Below, piece by piece: positions 37,122 to 46,437 of a stretch of DNA of 64,000 nucleotides (the first letter of the stretch is position 1; each line of letters starts with the position of its first letter). Source of the stretch: Nocardiopsis potens DSM 45234 (lineage in GTDB: Bacteria > Actinomycetota > Actinomycetes > Streptosporangiales > Streptosporangiaceae); the NCBI RefSeq assembly GCF_000341105.1, contig NZ_ANBB01000055.1:44539-108538 (forward strand), read 5' to 3'. The notes beneath the pieces were generated by a model. It was not told where the DNA came from and did no database searches. It saw only the letters and a list, made by a program, of their open reading frames with translations. The position numbers and the translations under genes were made by a program.

Positions 37122-38162
37122 TCAGATGCTCGACGCGTCGATGACGAACCGGTACCGGACGTCGCTGGCGAGCACGCGCTCGTAGGCCGTGTTGATCTCG
37201 TCCGCCCGGATCAGCTCGATCTCGGCGCCGAAGCCGTGCTCGGCGCAGAAGTCCAGCATCTCCTGGGTCTCGGCGATGCCGCCGATCATCGACCCGGCGA
37301 GCGTCTTGCGGCCGCCGATGACCGAGAACAGGTTGATCGACACCGGCTCCTCCGGGGCGCCCACGTTCACCAGGGCGCCGTCCGGCTTGAGCAGGGACAG
37401 GTAGGCGTCCAGGTTCAGCGGCGCGGACACCGTGGACAGGATCAGGTCGAACGAGCCGGCCAGCTTCTCGAAGGTCGCCGGGTCGCCGGTGGCGTGGTAG
37501 TGCGCGGCGCCCAGCCGGAGCCCGTCCTCCTCCTTGCGGAGCGACTGGCTGAGCACGGTCACCTCGGCGCCCAGCGCGTGCGCGATCTTGACGCCCATGT
37601 GCCCGAGGCCGCCCATGCCCACCACGGCGACGCTCTTGCCGGGCCCGGCCTTCCAGCGCTTCAGCGGCGAGTAGGTGGTGATGCCCGCGCACAGCAGCGG
37701 CGCGGCCACGTCCAGCGGCAGCTCGTCCGGGATCCGGAGGACGTAGTTCTCGTCGACCACGACGGCGCGGGAGTACCCGCCGTAGGTGGGCTCCCCGTTC
37801 CCGTCCCGGTCGTTGTAGGTGTTGGTGGCGCCCTTCGCGCAGTACTGCTCCTCGCCCTTGAGGCAGTACTCGCACTCGCGGCACGAGTCGACGAAGCAGC
37901 CGACGCCGACCCGGTCGCCGACCGCGTACCGGGTGACGCCGGGGCCGACCTCGGCGACCACGCCGGCGATCTCGTGCCCGGGGACCATGGGGAAGATCGC
38001 CTCGCCCCACCCCTCCCGGGCCTGGTGGATGTCGGAGTGGCAGATGCCCGCGTACTTGATGTCGATCAGGACGTCGAACTCGCCGACCGGGCGGCGCTCG
38101 ACGGTGGTGCGCTCGAGCGGGGCCTTGGCCGCGGGCGCGGCGTAAGCGGCGATGGTGGTCAT
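37122..38162 (-). CDS. Zinc-dependent NAD(P) alcohol dehydrogenase (cinnamyl/AdhP-like)
   Basis: GICHSDIH catalytic zinc motif, structural zinc CxxCxxC ([15 protein letters not shown]), and Rossmann motif GMGGLGHMG. Confidence 0.9.
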   Translation of the reverse strand: MTTIAAYAAPAAKAPLERTTVERRPVGEFDVLIDIKYAGICHSDIHQAREGWGEAIFPMVPGHEIAGVVAEVGPGVTRYAVGDRVGVGCFVDSCRECEYCLKGEEQYCAKGATNTYNDRDGNGEPTYGGYSRAVVVDENYVLRIPDELPLDVAAPLLCAGITTYSPLKRWKAGPGKSVAVVGMGGLGHMGVKIAHALGAEVTVLSQSLRKEEDGLRLGAAHYHATGDPATFEKLAGSFDLILSTVSAPLNLDAYLSLLKPDGALVNVGAPEEPVSINLFSVIGGRKTLAGSMIGGIAETQEMLDFCAEHGFGAEIELIRADEINTAYERVLASDVRYRFVIDASSI

Positions 38163-38334
38163 CGGTGAGTGCTCCTAGAAATCGGTCCGCGCCCGGTCTC
38201 CCTCTGAACCGGGCACGGTACCGAGCGTGCCGCGGCGCTCCGGGTTCTCCCAGGCCTCGGTTCTGCCTACGACCGCTGTTCCTACCACTGACAGGATCAC
38301 GTTCCCGCAGCTGACACGGGGAATACTGGACGGC

Positions 38335-39282
38335 ATGGAAGAACGATCGGGCGAGGGGAGCGGGCCGGCCGGCCCCGGTTCGGAGTCCGGGGCGGAAGAG
38401 GGGCAGATCGACCGCAGGTCCGAGCTCAGCGAGTTCCTGCGCACCCGCAGGGCGCGGCTGAAGCCGGAGGACGTCGGACTGCCGGACTACGGCCGCTACC
38501 GGAGGGTGCCGGGGCTGCGCCGGGAGGAGCTGGCGCAGCTCGCCGGGGTGTCCGCGGCCTACTACACCCGCCTGGAGCAGGGCAACGGGCGCAACGTCTC
38601 GGCGGACGTGCTGGACTCGATCGCCAGGGCGCTGCGGCTGACCGAGGCCGAGCACGCGCACCTCACCCACCTCGCCAAACCGAAGCGGCACAAGAAGAAG
38701 GCGGAGGCGCGGACGCAGCGGGTGCGGGGCGCGCTGCGGCAGCTGCTGGACACGATGGAGGGCGTCCCGGCCTACGTGGCGGGGCGCCGGTCGGACATCC
38801 TCGCCTGGAACAGGATGGCGGCGGCGCTCTTCGGCGACTGGGGCGAGCTGCCCGCCCAGGAGCGGAACTGGGCGCGGCTGATCTTCCTCCGCCCGGACTA
38901 CCGGGAGCTGTTCGTGGACTGGGAATCGAAGGCGGCCGACATCGTCAGCCACCTGCGGATGGACGCGGGCTGCTACCCGGACGACCCGAAGCTGTCCGCG
39001 CTGGTCGGGGAGCTGTCGGTGAAGAGCGACGATTTCCGCCTGCTCTGGGCCGCGCACAACGTCCGGGAGAAGGGGCACGGCACCAAGCGCTTCCACCACC
39101 CGGTGGTGGGCGACCTGACGCTCGCCTTCGAGACCTTCCACCTCCCGGACGACTCGGCCCAGTCCCTGTTCACCTACCACGCCGAACCGGGCTCCCCCTC
39201 GGCCGAGGCCCTCCGCCTCCTCGCCAGCTGGGGCGTGGACACCCTGAAGGAGGAACCGCCCTCACGCTCGCGGAGCGAGTGA
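38335..39282 (+). CDS. XRE-family HTH transcriptional regulator with a C-terminal DUF5753-like domain
   Basis: HTH LSEFLRTRRARLKPEDVGLPDYGRYRRVPGLRREELAQLAGVSAAYYTRLEQG typical of the Streptomyces XRE/DUF5753 regulators. Confidence 0.7.
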   Translation: MEERSGEGSGPAGPGSESGAEEGQIDRRSELSEFLRTRRARLKPEDVGLPDYGRYRRVPGLRREELAQLAGVSAAYYTRLEQGNGRNVSADVLDSIARALRLTEAEHAHLTHLAKPKRHKKKAEARTQRVRGALRQLLDTMEGVPAYVAGRRSDILAWNRMAAALFGDWGELPAQERNWARLIFLRPDYRELFVDWESKAADIVSHLRMDAGCYPDDPKLSALVGELSVKSDDFRLLWAAHNVREKGHGTKRFHHPVVGDLTLAFETFHLPDDSAQSLFTYHAEPGSPSAEALRLLASWGVDTLKEEPPSRSRSE

Positions 39283-39507
39283 CCGTTCACGGGAGAGGAA
39301 GCGAGGGCGGAGCGGAGGTCCTTGAGTAAAGTGTTCGAAAATGGGGCTGTGCTCGGAAAACCTGGATAGGTGAGTTCCCGCCTTGTTCGAACGAGGAGAT
39401 GCCGCTGACAGTTGATAGGGTTCCGATCAACTATTAGGTCACTCCAGCCGAAGCGGGATGGCCTCGGTGTCCAGGGGCATCCTGCCGGTAGATTCAGAGC
39501 ATTCCCC

Positions 39508-40107
39508 ATGGGAAGAGCGGGAGGGCAGATGCGCGCTCAGTCGATTCCCGAATGGCTGCTTCCGCCGTCTCAAGGATTCCGAGCCGACGATCTCGATAGG
39601 CTCCCCGGGCTGCCCCCGCACACTGAGCTCATCGACGGGAGTCTCATTCTCGTGAGCCCGCAGAGCATCCTGCACTCGCTGGTGATCGACCTTCTGGTGG
39701 CCGGTCTTCGGGCAGAGGCCCCTGAGGGCCACCGGGTTCGCCGGGAGATCTCGGTGGTGCTCGACGAGCGACAGCGGCCCGAACCGGATGCGATCGTGGT
39801 GCGGCATGCTCCCGGGGTCGAGGGGAGCGGAACCGCGTACCCGGCCGAGGCGGTCGTGCTGGCGATCGAGGTCGTCTCACCGGAGTCGGAGCGCCGCGAC
39901 CGGGAGCGCAAGCCGCAGCTTTACGCGAAGGCCGGGATCGAGCACTTCTGGCGGGTGGAGCTGAAGGAAGGGCGGCCCGTCGTCTACGTCTACGAGTTGG
40001 ACGAGGCCACGGAGGCGTACGGGCTCACCGGTATCCACCATGAGCGGCTGAAGCTCGGCCTCCCCTTCCCGGTCGACATCGATCTGACCGCCGTCGGCGA
40101 CATGTGA
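39508..40107 (+). CDS. Uma2-family (DUF820) putative endonuclease
   Basis: PD-(D/E)xK-like core EPDAIVV ... AVLAIEVVSPES ... KPQLYAKAGIEHFWRVE. Paralog of 45733..46356. Confidence 0.7.
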   Translation: MGRAGGQMRAQSIPEWLLPPSQGFRADDLDRLPGLPPHTELIDGSLILVSPQSILHSLVIDLLVAGLRAEAPEGHRVRREISVVLDERQRPEPDAIVVRHAPGVEGSGTAYPAEAVVLAIEVVSPESERRDRERKPQLYAKAGIEHFWRVELKEGRPVVYVYELDEATEAYGLTGIHHERLKLGLPFPVDIDLTAVGDM

Positions 40108-40230
40108 CCGGGAACCCCGTCGATCCGTCTTCGGTTCGGCGCGGGGCGGTGCGGATGGGCTTGCACCTTCCGTGGCGGCATGTGGTCCAGTGGACCCGTG
40201 CCCCGGTTCCTTGAGGAAAGGTCCCCGCTC

Positions 40231-41139
40231 ATGCTCTCGTCCTTCATGCCGCCCCGCCGGGTCGGGATCGGTGATGCGGCGGCCTTCGCCGGCACCACGC
40301 CGCGGGCGATCCGCCACTACCACGAGATCGGCCTGCTCCCCGAGCCCGAGCGGGGCGGCGGTGACCGCCGCCGCTACGGGTACGAGGACATGATCCGCCT
40401 GCTGTGGATCCGCAGGACGGCCGAGGCCGGGGTCGCCCTGGACGACATCCGGGACGCCTTCGCCGCCGGCGCGGCTTCCGCCGGTGCGGACGGCGGGGAC
40501 GAGGTCGCGGGCGTCCTGGAGCGGCTGGAGGAGACCCTCGCCGAGCAGGAGGCGGAGTTGCGGCGGCAGCGGGCCGCCGTGCGGCGGATGCGCACCGAGG
40601 GCAGCCGGATGGGCCTGCTCTCCGACTTCGTCACCGAACGCCTCAAGGGCCTGCCCGAGGGGGCCCTGCGCCAGGCGGACCTGGACGGCCTGCTGGTCAC
40701 CGAGCGGATCTTCGGTCCGCTCGGCGCGGCCCTCCAGGCCACCCGCCTCATCGTCCTGGCCGCGCACCCCGCTCTGCGGGAGGAGTCCGACCGCATCGAT
40801 GCGGCCGAGGAGGCGCTCGACGACGGCGTCGCCGTCGATGATCCGAGGGTGGCCCGGGTGGCCGCCGAGCGGCACGCCTTCGAGAGCGCCCTGCAGGCCG
40901 CCATCGAGGAGTCCGGCCTGGACGAGGACGACGATGCCCTCTTCGACGCCTGGGACGCCTTGCACCCTGCCGCCACCGGGGAGACCGGGGACGCCGGGGT
41001 CGGCTCCGGCAGGCGGGAGGCCGGCTCCATGAGCGCGTACGAAGCCGTCGGCAAGATGCCCTACGACCTCTCCCCGGCCCGCCTGCGCTGCGCGGAACTG
41101 GTCGAAGAGCTGGCCGCCCAGGACCCGCCCGCCGCCTAG
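40231..41139 (+). CDS. MerR-family transcriptional regulator
   Basis: N-terminal MerR HTH (IGDAAAFAGTTPRAIRHYHEIGLLPEPERGGGDRRRYGYEDMIRLLWIRR) followed by coiled coil. Confidence 0.75.
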   Translation: MLSSFMPPRRVGIGDAAAFAGTTPRAIRHYHEIGLLPEPERGGGDRRRYGYEDMIRLLWIRRTAEAGVALDDIRDAFAAGAASAGADGGDEVAGVLERLEETLAEQEAELRRQRAAVRRMRTEGSRMGLLSDFVTERLKGLPEGALRQADLDGLLVTERIFGPLGAALQATRLIVLAAHPALREESDRIDAAEEALDDGVAVDDPRVARVAAERHAFESALQAAIEESGLDEDDDALFDAWDALHPAATGETGDAGVGSGRREAGSMSAYEAVGKMPYDLSPARLRCAELVEELAAQDPPAA

Positions 41140-41161
41140 ACCCGCCACCCGGCCCCGCCGC

Positions 41162-42598
41162 TCAGGGCATGGCCGGGGCCTCCTTCGGTGCCGTCCGCAT
41201 GCCGATGGAGACGTACGGGGTGCCGTCCGGAAGAGTGGAGAAGACCACCGGCATCCAGTCCTCGTTGAACGCGGTGCCCGCACCGGAGGCGGCGAAGACC
41301 GTTTCGGTTACCGGTGCCCCGTCCGGGCCCGGGGCGGTCTGCCGGGCGACCGGCACCAGCTCCACCTCGATCGGGGCGGAGAAGGCCGCCATGCCGCCGG
41401 TGAGCTCGTACACCAGGCGCAGCCCGCCGGGGTGCTCGGCCACCCTGGTGGTGACGCCTTCGCGCAGGTAGGCGCCGACGAACGGGGCGGGGTCGATCGC
41501 GGGAGGCCGCGCCGGCGGGCCGAAGGGCTCCGGCGTCCGCACCCCGGCGAGTTCGGCGAGGAGCTCGCGGAAGAGGCCGGCGGAGAGCCGCCGCGCCGCC
41601 CCGCCGTTGGTCAGCAGGGCGGCGGCGACGCCCGCCTCCGGGACGGCGCGCAGGTAGGAGTACTGCCCGAGGGTGGCGCCGTCGTGGCCGAAGCCGGGGA
41701 CGCCGTCCCAGTCGTACAGGGTCCAGCCCAGCCCCCAGCCGTCCGCGCCCACCGTCCACCTGTCCGGGACGCGCACCGCGCGGCGGCGCATCTCCGCCGT
41801 GCTTCCGGGGGAGAGCACCCGGGTGCCGTCCGGGGCGGTGCCGCCGTCCAGGTGCATCCGGGCGAGCCGGACCACGTCGCCGGCGGTGGCGCAGACCCCG
41901 CCGTAGGGGCCGGAGGAGCGCGGCATGGCGTTCCACTCCGGCGCCGGCTCGGGCCGGCCGCCCGGTCCGCCCAGGTGGCTCATGGCCGCGCGGAACCTCA
42001 GCACCTCCTCGGGCAGCGTCATGGTCTGCTCCAGGCCGAGCGGGTCGAGCAGCAGCTCCTTCAGCGCCCGGTCCCAGACCCGGCCGGTCAGCACCTCGAC
42101 GATCCGGCCCAGGACGTTGTACCCGGTGCTGCTGTAGGAGGCCGCCGTCCCCGGCGGGCAGTCCAGGGGGACGTCCCGGCACGCCTCGACGTAGCGGGCG
42201 AGGCAGTCGTCGCCGCGCCCGGTGTCCAGGGTGAAGTCCCCGCTGATGCCGGAGGTGTGCGAGAGCAGCTGCCGGGGGGTCACCGACGCGGAGGCGCCCG
42301 GGTCGGCCACGGCGAAGTCCGGCAGGACGTCGCGCACCGGCGCGTCCAGGTCGAGGGCCCCGGAGTCGGCCAGCCGCATGACCAGGGAGGCGGTGTAGAC
42401 CTTGGCGATCGAGCCGAGCTGGAAGACCGAGTCGGGGGTCGCGGCGACGCCGGTGCCCTGGTGCAGGACCCCGCCGGCCAGCTCGTGCACCTCCCCGTCG
42501 ACCAGTACGGCCAGGGCGGCGCCGGGCACGCGGTGGGCGGCGAGCAGCTCGTCCAGCAGGGCCTGCCAGCGGGCGGGATCGGGTGCGCGGCGCGTCAT
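41162..42598 (-). CDS. Serine hydrolase (beta-lactamase/esterase family, class C-like)
   Basis: SxxK motif (LGSIAKVYT), YxN-like and HxG (FGHDGAT) elements. About 479 codons. The start coordinate is +/-1 nt uncertain from my reading. Confidence 0.75.
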   Translation of the reverse strand: MTRRAPDPARWQALLDELLAAHRVPGAALAVLVDGEVHELAGGVLHQGTGVAATPDSVFQLGSIAKVYTASLVMRLADSGALDLDAPVRDVLPDFAVADPGASASVTPRQLLSHTSGISGDFTLDTGRGDDCLARYVEACRDVPLDCPPGTAASYSSTGYNVLGRIVEVLTGRVWDRALKELLLDPLGLEQTMTLPEEVLRFRAAMSHLGGPGGRPEPAPEWNAMPRSSGPYGGVCATAGDVVRLARMHLDGGTAPDGTRVLSPGSTAEMRRRAVRVPDRWTVGADGWGLGWTLYDWDGVPGFGHDGATLGQYSYLRAVPEAGVAAALLTNGGAARRLSAGLFRELLAELAGVRTPEPFGPPARPPAIDPAPFVGAYLREGVTTRVAEHPGGLRLVYELTGGMAAFSAPIEVELVPVARQTAPGPDGAPVTETVFAASGAGTAFNEDWMPVVFSTLPDGTPYVSIGMRTAPKEAPAMP

Positions 42599-42685
42599 GG
42601 TCCTTCTCCTCCTCGGAGCCGGGGGCAGGGCGGACAGGTGCCGGGACGAGGCGCCCTTCCGGCCTTCCGAGGCCCGGAGAAACGA

Positions 42686-42760
42686 TGCGCACACTGTTCG
42701 CCGAATTGCGCACACTGTACTCATCGGGATGGGTGTGCGCAATGGCGAACGGTGTGCGCT
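42686..42760. promoter_or_regulatory. Pair of ~28-bp inverted repeats (TGCGCACACTGTTCGCCGAATTGCGCACAC / GTGTGCGCAATGGCGAACGGTGTGCGC) between divergent serine hydrolase and tetR genes; candidate TetR operator
   Basis: Seen directly in the sequence. Position and symmetry are typical of TetR-family autoregulatory operators. Confidence 0.5.
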
Positions 42761-42788
42761 ACGGTGGCCCGGAACGGGAGGAGAGGGC

Positions 42789-43529
42789 ATGGCGGAGGAC
42801 GGCGGGCGCCCCATCGCCTCGGCGTGGACCCGGCCGCGGAAGCGGCGCGAGCAGCCCGCGCTGAGCAGGGAGCAGATCGTGGCCGAGGCGGTCCGGCTGC
42901 TGGACGGGGAGGGGCTCGACGCGCTGAGCATGCGCCGCCTGGGCGGCAGGCTGAACGCCGGGGCCACTTCGCTCTACCGGCATGTGGCCAACCGCGACGA
43001 GCTGCTCGAACTGGTGGTGGACGAGGTCTACGGCGAGATCGAGGCGCCGCCGGCCGACACCCCGGAGGAGTGGCGCGGGGCCGCGGCCGTGTGCGCCCGG
43101 AGCGCGCGCTCGGTGGTGCTGCGGCACCCCTGGATCGCGCCGCTGATCGGCCAGATCGGAATGGCCTACCTGGGGCCGAACGTGATGCGGCTGCACGAGG
43201 GGATGCTCGCCCTGTTCGAGGCCGGGGGCTTCGACCCGGTCGACGCCGACGGCGCGCTCAACACCCTGATGGCCTTCGTGCTGGGCTCGGCGAGCAGCGA
43301 GGCCGCGTGGAAGACCACGGTCGCCCGCAGCGGGATCGGCGAGGACGAGTGGCTCCGCCGCCTGCGCCCCGCCGCCGAGGAGGCGGCCCGCCCCTACCGG
43401 CGGCTGCACGCCCGCTACCTCGCCGACGAGGGGGAGGACCCGGCGCAGGTCCGCGACGCCTCCTTCGAGTACGGCCTGCAGCGGGTCCTCGACGGCCTGG
43501 AGGCGCGACTCGGGCGGACGGACGGCTGA
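42789..43529 (+). CDS. TetR/AcrR-family transcriptional regulator
   Basis: N-terminal HTH LSREQIVAEAVRLLDGEGLDALSMRRLGGRLNAGATSLYRHVANRDELL. Confidence 0.85.
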   Translation: MAEDGGRPIASAWTRPRKRREQPALSREQIVAEAVRLLDGEGLDALSMRRLGGRLNAGATSLYRHVANRDELLELVVDEVYGEIEAPPADTPEEWRGAAAVCARSARSVVLRHPWIAPLIGQIGMAYLGPNVMRLHEGMLALFEAGGFDPVDADGALNTLMAFVLGSASSEAAWKTTVARSGIGEDEWLRRLRPAAEEAARPYRRLHARYLADEGEDPAQVRDASFEYGLQRVLDGLEARLGRTDG

Positions 43530-43784
43530 CCGGCGCCCTGCGGCGCGGGGCGAGGCGTTCCTGCTGCGGACCGGGGCTCGGCTGCGGGCGCCGCCATCGG
43601 GCGGGCGGATCGGAGTGCGCGCTCACCGGCGCCTGAATGCGAAGTGAATGGAAAAGGCCCACTCGCCCGGAAGACCTCCAGGCCGACAAGCCCCGCGCCC
43701 CGCGCAGGCGGGGATGGTCCGGGGGTTCTCGGCGAGCCTGACGAGGTCCGGGAGTGCTCCCCGCGCGCGCGCGGGGCCGCCCCG

Positions 43785-44897
43785 CTACTCCGCCCGGGTG
43801 AAGCGGATGTCGTAGTCCTCCGCCTCCGGGGCCCAGAAGCCCAGCAGGCGGGCTCCTTCCTCCATGACGGCTCCGCGGGTCTCGCCCTGGGCGGGGGTGA
43901 ACTCCTCGATGGTGAGGACGGCCGAGCCGCCCTGCTCGGCCACCCGCCACATGGCGCGGACCTCGCCGTCGACCAGGACGGTCGGGGCGACGACGGCGCC
44001 GATGCAGACGCGGCGGCGGACGTCGTCCCGCATGACCCGGGTGCGGTCGTGGTAGGCGACCAGCAGGTTGTCGAGTGCGGGCAGGAGGCGGACCGGCGCC
44101 TCGGCGTCCGCGGGGACCACCGGGAGGTCCGGCAGGTCGAACAGCTCGCGGCCGGCGTCGTCGGTGAAGGTGCGCAGCTCCGGGCGGAGGCCCTCGAACA
44201 CCTGCTGCGTCCGGCTCAGCCCCGACCAGGCGTGGAAATCGCGGACCGAGGCCGGGCCGAACGCCGCCAGGTAGCGGCGGATCAGGTCGGCCACCGGGCG
44301 TCCGGGCTCCATCGGGGCGCCCGTCCACTCCTCGGCCAGGGTGAACGGGGTGCGGCCGCTCCGGCCCCACAGCCCGCTCGGCGGTACGTGGACCAGCGGC
44401 AGCATCAGCTGCGCCAGCTGGCCCAGGGCGGTGCGGTCGCAGTCCGGCCACCGCTCGGCGAGCAGCCGGGCCAGTTCGGGGCGGGACAGGGTGCGGCCCG
44501 CGAGCAGCTCCGCGGCGATCTTGGCCGCCTCCTCCGGGTCGAGGCCCGGGCTGCGCTTGCCGAACGCGCCCCTCCAGATCCGCTCCAGGACCGGCTGGAC
44601 CAGCGGGCGGATCCAGCGGAAGTCCTCCGCGGCGGCCATGTGCTGGGTGCCGCGCAGGATCGACGAGCGCACCACCGCCCGGCCGTGCAGCAGCCGGGCC
44701 AGGTCGTCCTTCTCGAAGGCGGCCAGCCTGGTCCACAGCCCGACGTAGGGCGGGTTGGGCTCCTGGGCCTGCACGGCGACCAGGCGGCGCACCGCGTCCA
44801 GGGCCGAGCGCGGTTCGCGCCGCAGCAGCCACTGCCGCTCCAGCGCCGTCCGGTTGAGCGTCCGGCGGTCGATCCGATTCCCGCTGCCGTTCTCCAT
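43785..44897 (-). CDS. Winged-helix DNA-binding domain protein of the AlkZ/YcaQ family (putative DNA glycosylase for crosslink/alkylation damage)
   Basis: 370 aa. N-terminal LNRTALERQWLL... and a Q-phi-Q catalytic-type motif (VAVQAQEPN) as in AlkZ-like HTH_42 proteins. Confidence 0.6.
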   Translation of the reverse strand: MENGSGNRIDRRTLNRTALERQWLLRREPRSALDAVRRLVAVQAQEPNPPYVGLWTRLAAFEKDDLARLLHGRAVVRSSILRGTQHMAAAEDFRWIRPLVQPVLERIWRGAFGKRSPGLDPEEAAKIAAELLAGRTLSRPELARLLAERWPDCDRTALGQLAQLMLPLVHVPPSGLWGRSGRTPFTLAEEWTGAPMEPGRPVADLIRRYLAAFGPASVRDFHAWSGLSRTQQVFEGLRPELRTFTDDAGRELFDLPDLPVVPADAEAPVRLLPALDNLLVAYHDRTRVMRDDVRRRVCIGAVVAPTVLVDGEVRAMWRVAEQGGSAVLTIEEFTPAQGETRGAVMEEGARLLGFWAPEAEDYDIRFTRAE

Positions 44898-44960
44898 GCC
44901 CGGATCATCCCCCGGGACGCGGACGTTTTCCGTCCGCGATCCGGGCGGGGAGCGGGGCGG

Positions 44961-45725
44961 TCAGCCGGTGGCGTGGCTCAGCTCCAGGCCGAGCAGGGCG
45001 CGGGGCGGGACGCCGGCCAGGGCCCTGCAGTCCCGGTTCAGGTGCGGCTGGTCGGCGTAGCCGGCCATCGAGGCCAGGACCGACAGGTCGGTGGTGGCGG
45101 CGGGGTGCCGGGCCAGGCGGAGGAAGCGCTGCAGGCGGAGGATGCGGCGGAGCACCGCCGGGCCGTAGCCGAACGCGGAGGTGCAGCGCCGGTGCAGCTG
45201 GCGCTCGCTGAGCCCGGCGGCGCGGGCCAGCTCGGCCACCGGCGACGACGGGTCGTCGCCGAGCATCCCGGAGACCAGCGCGGCGGTCCGCGCCGACCCG
45301 TGCACCGCGGGCGGCGGCGGTACGGTGCGCAGCCGCTCGCGCACCCCGTCCTGGAGCAGGTGCAGCCGGTGCTCCGCGGTGCAGGCCGCGTCCATCCGCT
45401 CCAGCAGGATCCGCTGGGTGCGGGCGCCGAGCACGTCGGCCAGCTCGATCCGCCGGTTCAGCGACCCGGGGGTGTCCAGCCCCAGCGCGGCGGCGGCCAG
45501 CCCGGGGCGGAACCGCACCCCCACCGCCTCGGTCCCGGCGGGCAGCTCGAACGACCACCCGGAGGTCTCCGGCCCGCACACCACGATCCGGCCGGTGCTC
45601 AGCCAGAGCACGTCCACGCAGCCGTCCGGCACCAGCGTGTGCGCCCCGCCGGCGCGCGCGGTCCACCCGGTGGCCAGCTCCGCGGAGAGGTCGGCGGCCA
45701 CTGGGACCGGGGTGTACCAGGACAC
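44961..45725 (-). CDS. AraC-family transcriptional regulator
   Basis: C-terminal AraC HTH pair (ELARAAGLSERQLHRRCTSAFGYGPAVLRRILRLQRFLRLA...MAGYADQPHLNRDCRALAGVPP). Start assigned to the GTG at 45725 to avoid overlap with the upstream gene. Confidence 0.65.
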   Translation of the reverse strand: MSWYTPVPVAADLSAELATGWTARAGGAHTLVPDGCVDVLWLSTGRIVVCGPETSGWSFELPAGTEAVGVRFRPGLAAAALGLDTPGSLNRRIELADVLGARTQRILLERMDAACTAEHRLHLLQDGVRERLRTVPPPPAVHGSARTAALVSGMLGDDPSSPVAELARAAGLSERQLHRRCTSAFGYGPAVLRRILRLQRFLRLARHPAATTDLSVLASMAGYADQPHLNRDCRALAGVPPRALLGLELSHATG

Positions 45726-45732
45726 GGGGCCG

Positions 45733-46356
45733 CTACCCCAGCCCCATCGTGGGCAGAAGGCGCTCGAGGTCGGCGCTGATCGGGAACGGCAGGGAGACCT
45801 CGAGGCGCTTCCGGAAGACGCCCGTAGGCGCGTAGAGGCCCGTGGTGGCGTCCCGTTCATAGGTGTGCACCACCGGGACGTCGTCCTCGTTCTCCACCCG
45901 CCAGAAGTGCGCGATCCCCGCGCCCGCGTACTTGCCCGGCTTCACCTTGCGGTCCCGGTGCGCCGATTCGGGGGAGACGACCTCGACGGCGAGCGCGACG
46001 TCCGAGGCGGCGAAGCAGGTGCGCTTCGACTCGAACGGGATCGGGGCGAACAGCACGTCCGGCTCGGGGCGGTTGTACCGGTCGAGCTTGACGGTCATCT
46101 CGCGCTCCACGGTCGTGCCCTCCGGCGCCTGCCGCTTGAGCATGACGGTCATCGAGGTGACGGTCTGGCCGTGCCAGGACCGCTGCGGCGACATCATGAA
46201 GACGAGGGCTCCGTCGATGAGTTCGGTGTGCCTGGGAGCTTCGGGCAGCTTGTCCAGGTCTTCGGCGATCCACCCCTCGTCGCGGGGCGGATGCATCCAT
46301 CCCGGAAGCCCGCCCGGTCCCATCCCGGGGGCTGTGCATTCCGGCTGCGCGGTCAT
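45733..46356 (-). CDS. Uma2-family (DUF820) putative endonuclease, paralog 2
   Basis: Same conserved blocks as 39508..40107 (HTELIDG, EPDVLF, ALAVEVVSPES, AGIAHFWRVE). Confidence 0.7.
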   Translation of the reverse strand: MTAQPECTAPGMGPGGLPGWMHPPRDEGWIAEDLDKLPEAPRHTELIDGALVFMMSPQRSWHGQTVTSMTVMLKRQAPEGTTVEREMTVKLDRYNRPEPDVLFAPIPFESKRTCFAASDVALAVEVVSPESAHRDRKVKPGKYAGAGIAHFWRVENEDDVPVVHTYERDATTGLYAPTGVFRKRLEVSLPFPISADLERLLPTMGLG

Positions 46357-46437
46357 GCCTTCAGCGTAGCCTGCGGTGCCCTGCCGCGGACGGGAAAGAC
46401 GGGGCCGCCGGAGCGGCCCCGCCGGAGATCCGTCCGC

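Noticed and set aside
39320-39345. HspR-associated inverted repeat (HAIR) candidate because of CTTGAGT at 39323
   Set aside because: The second half-site (ACTCAAG at N7 spacing) is absent. The bona fide hspR/clpB region elsewhere in the window also shows no full HAIR by eye, so no call is made.
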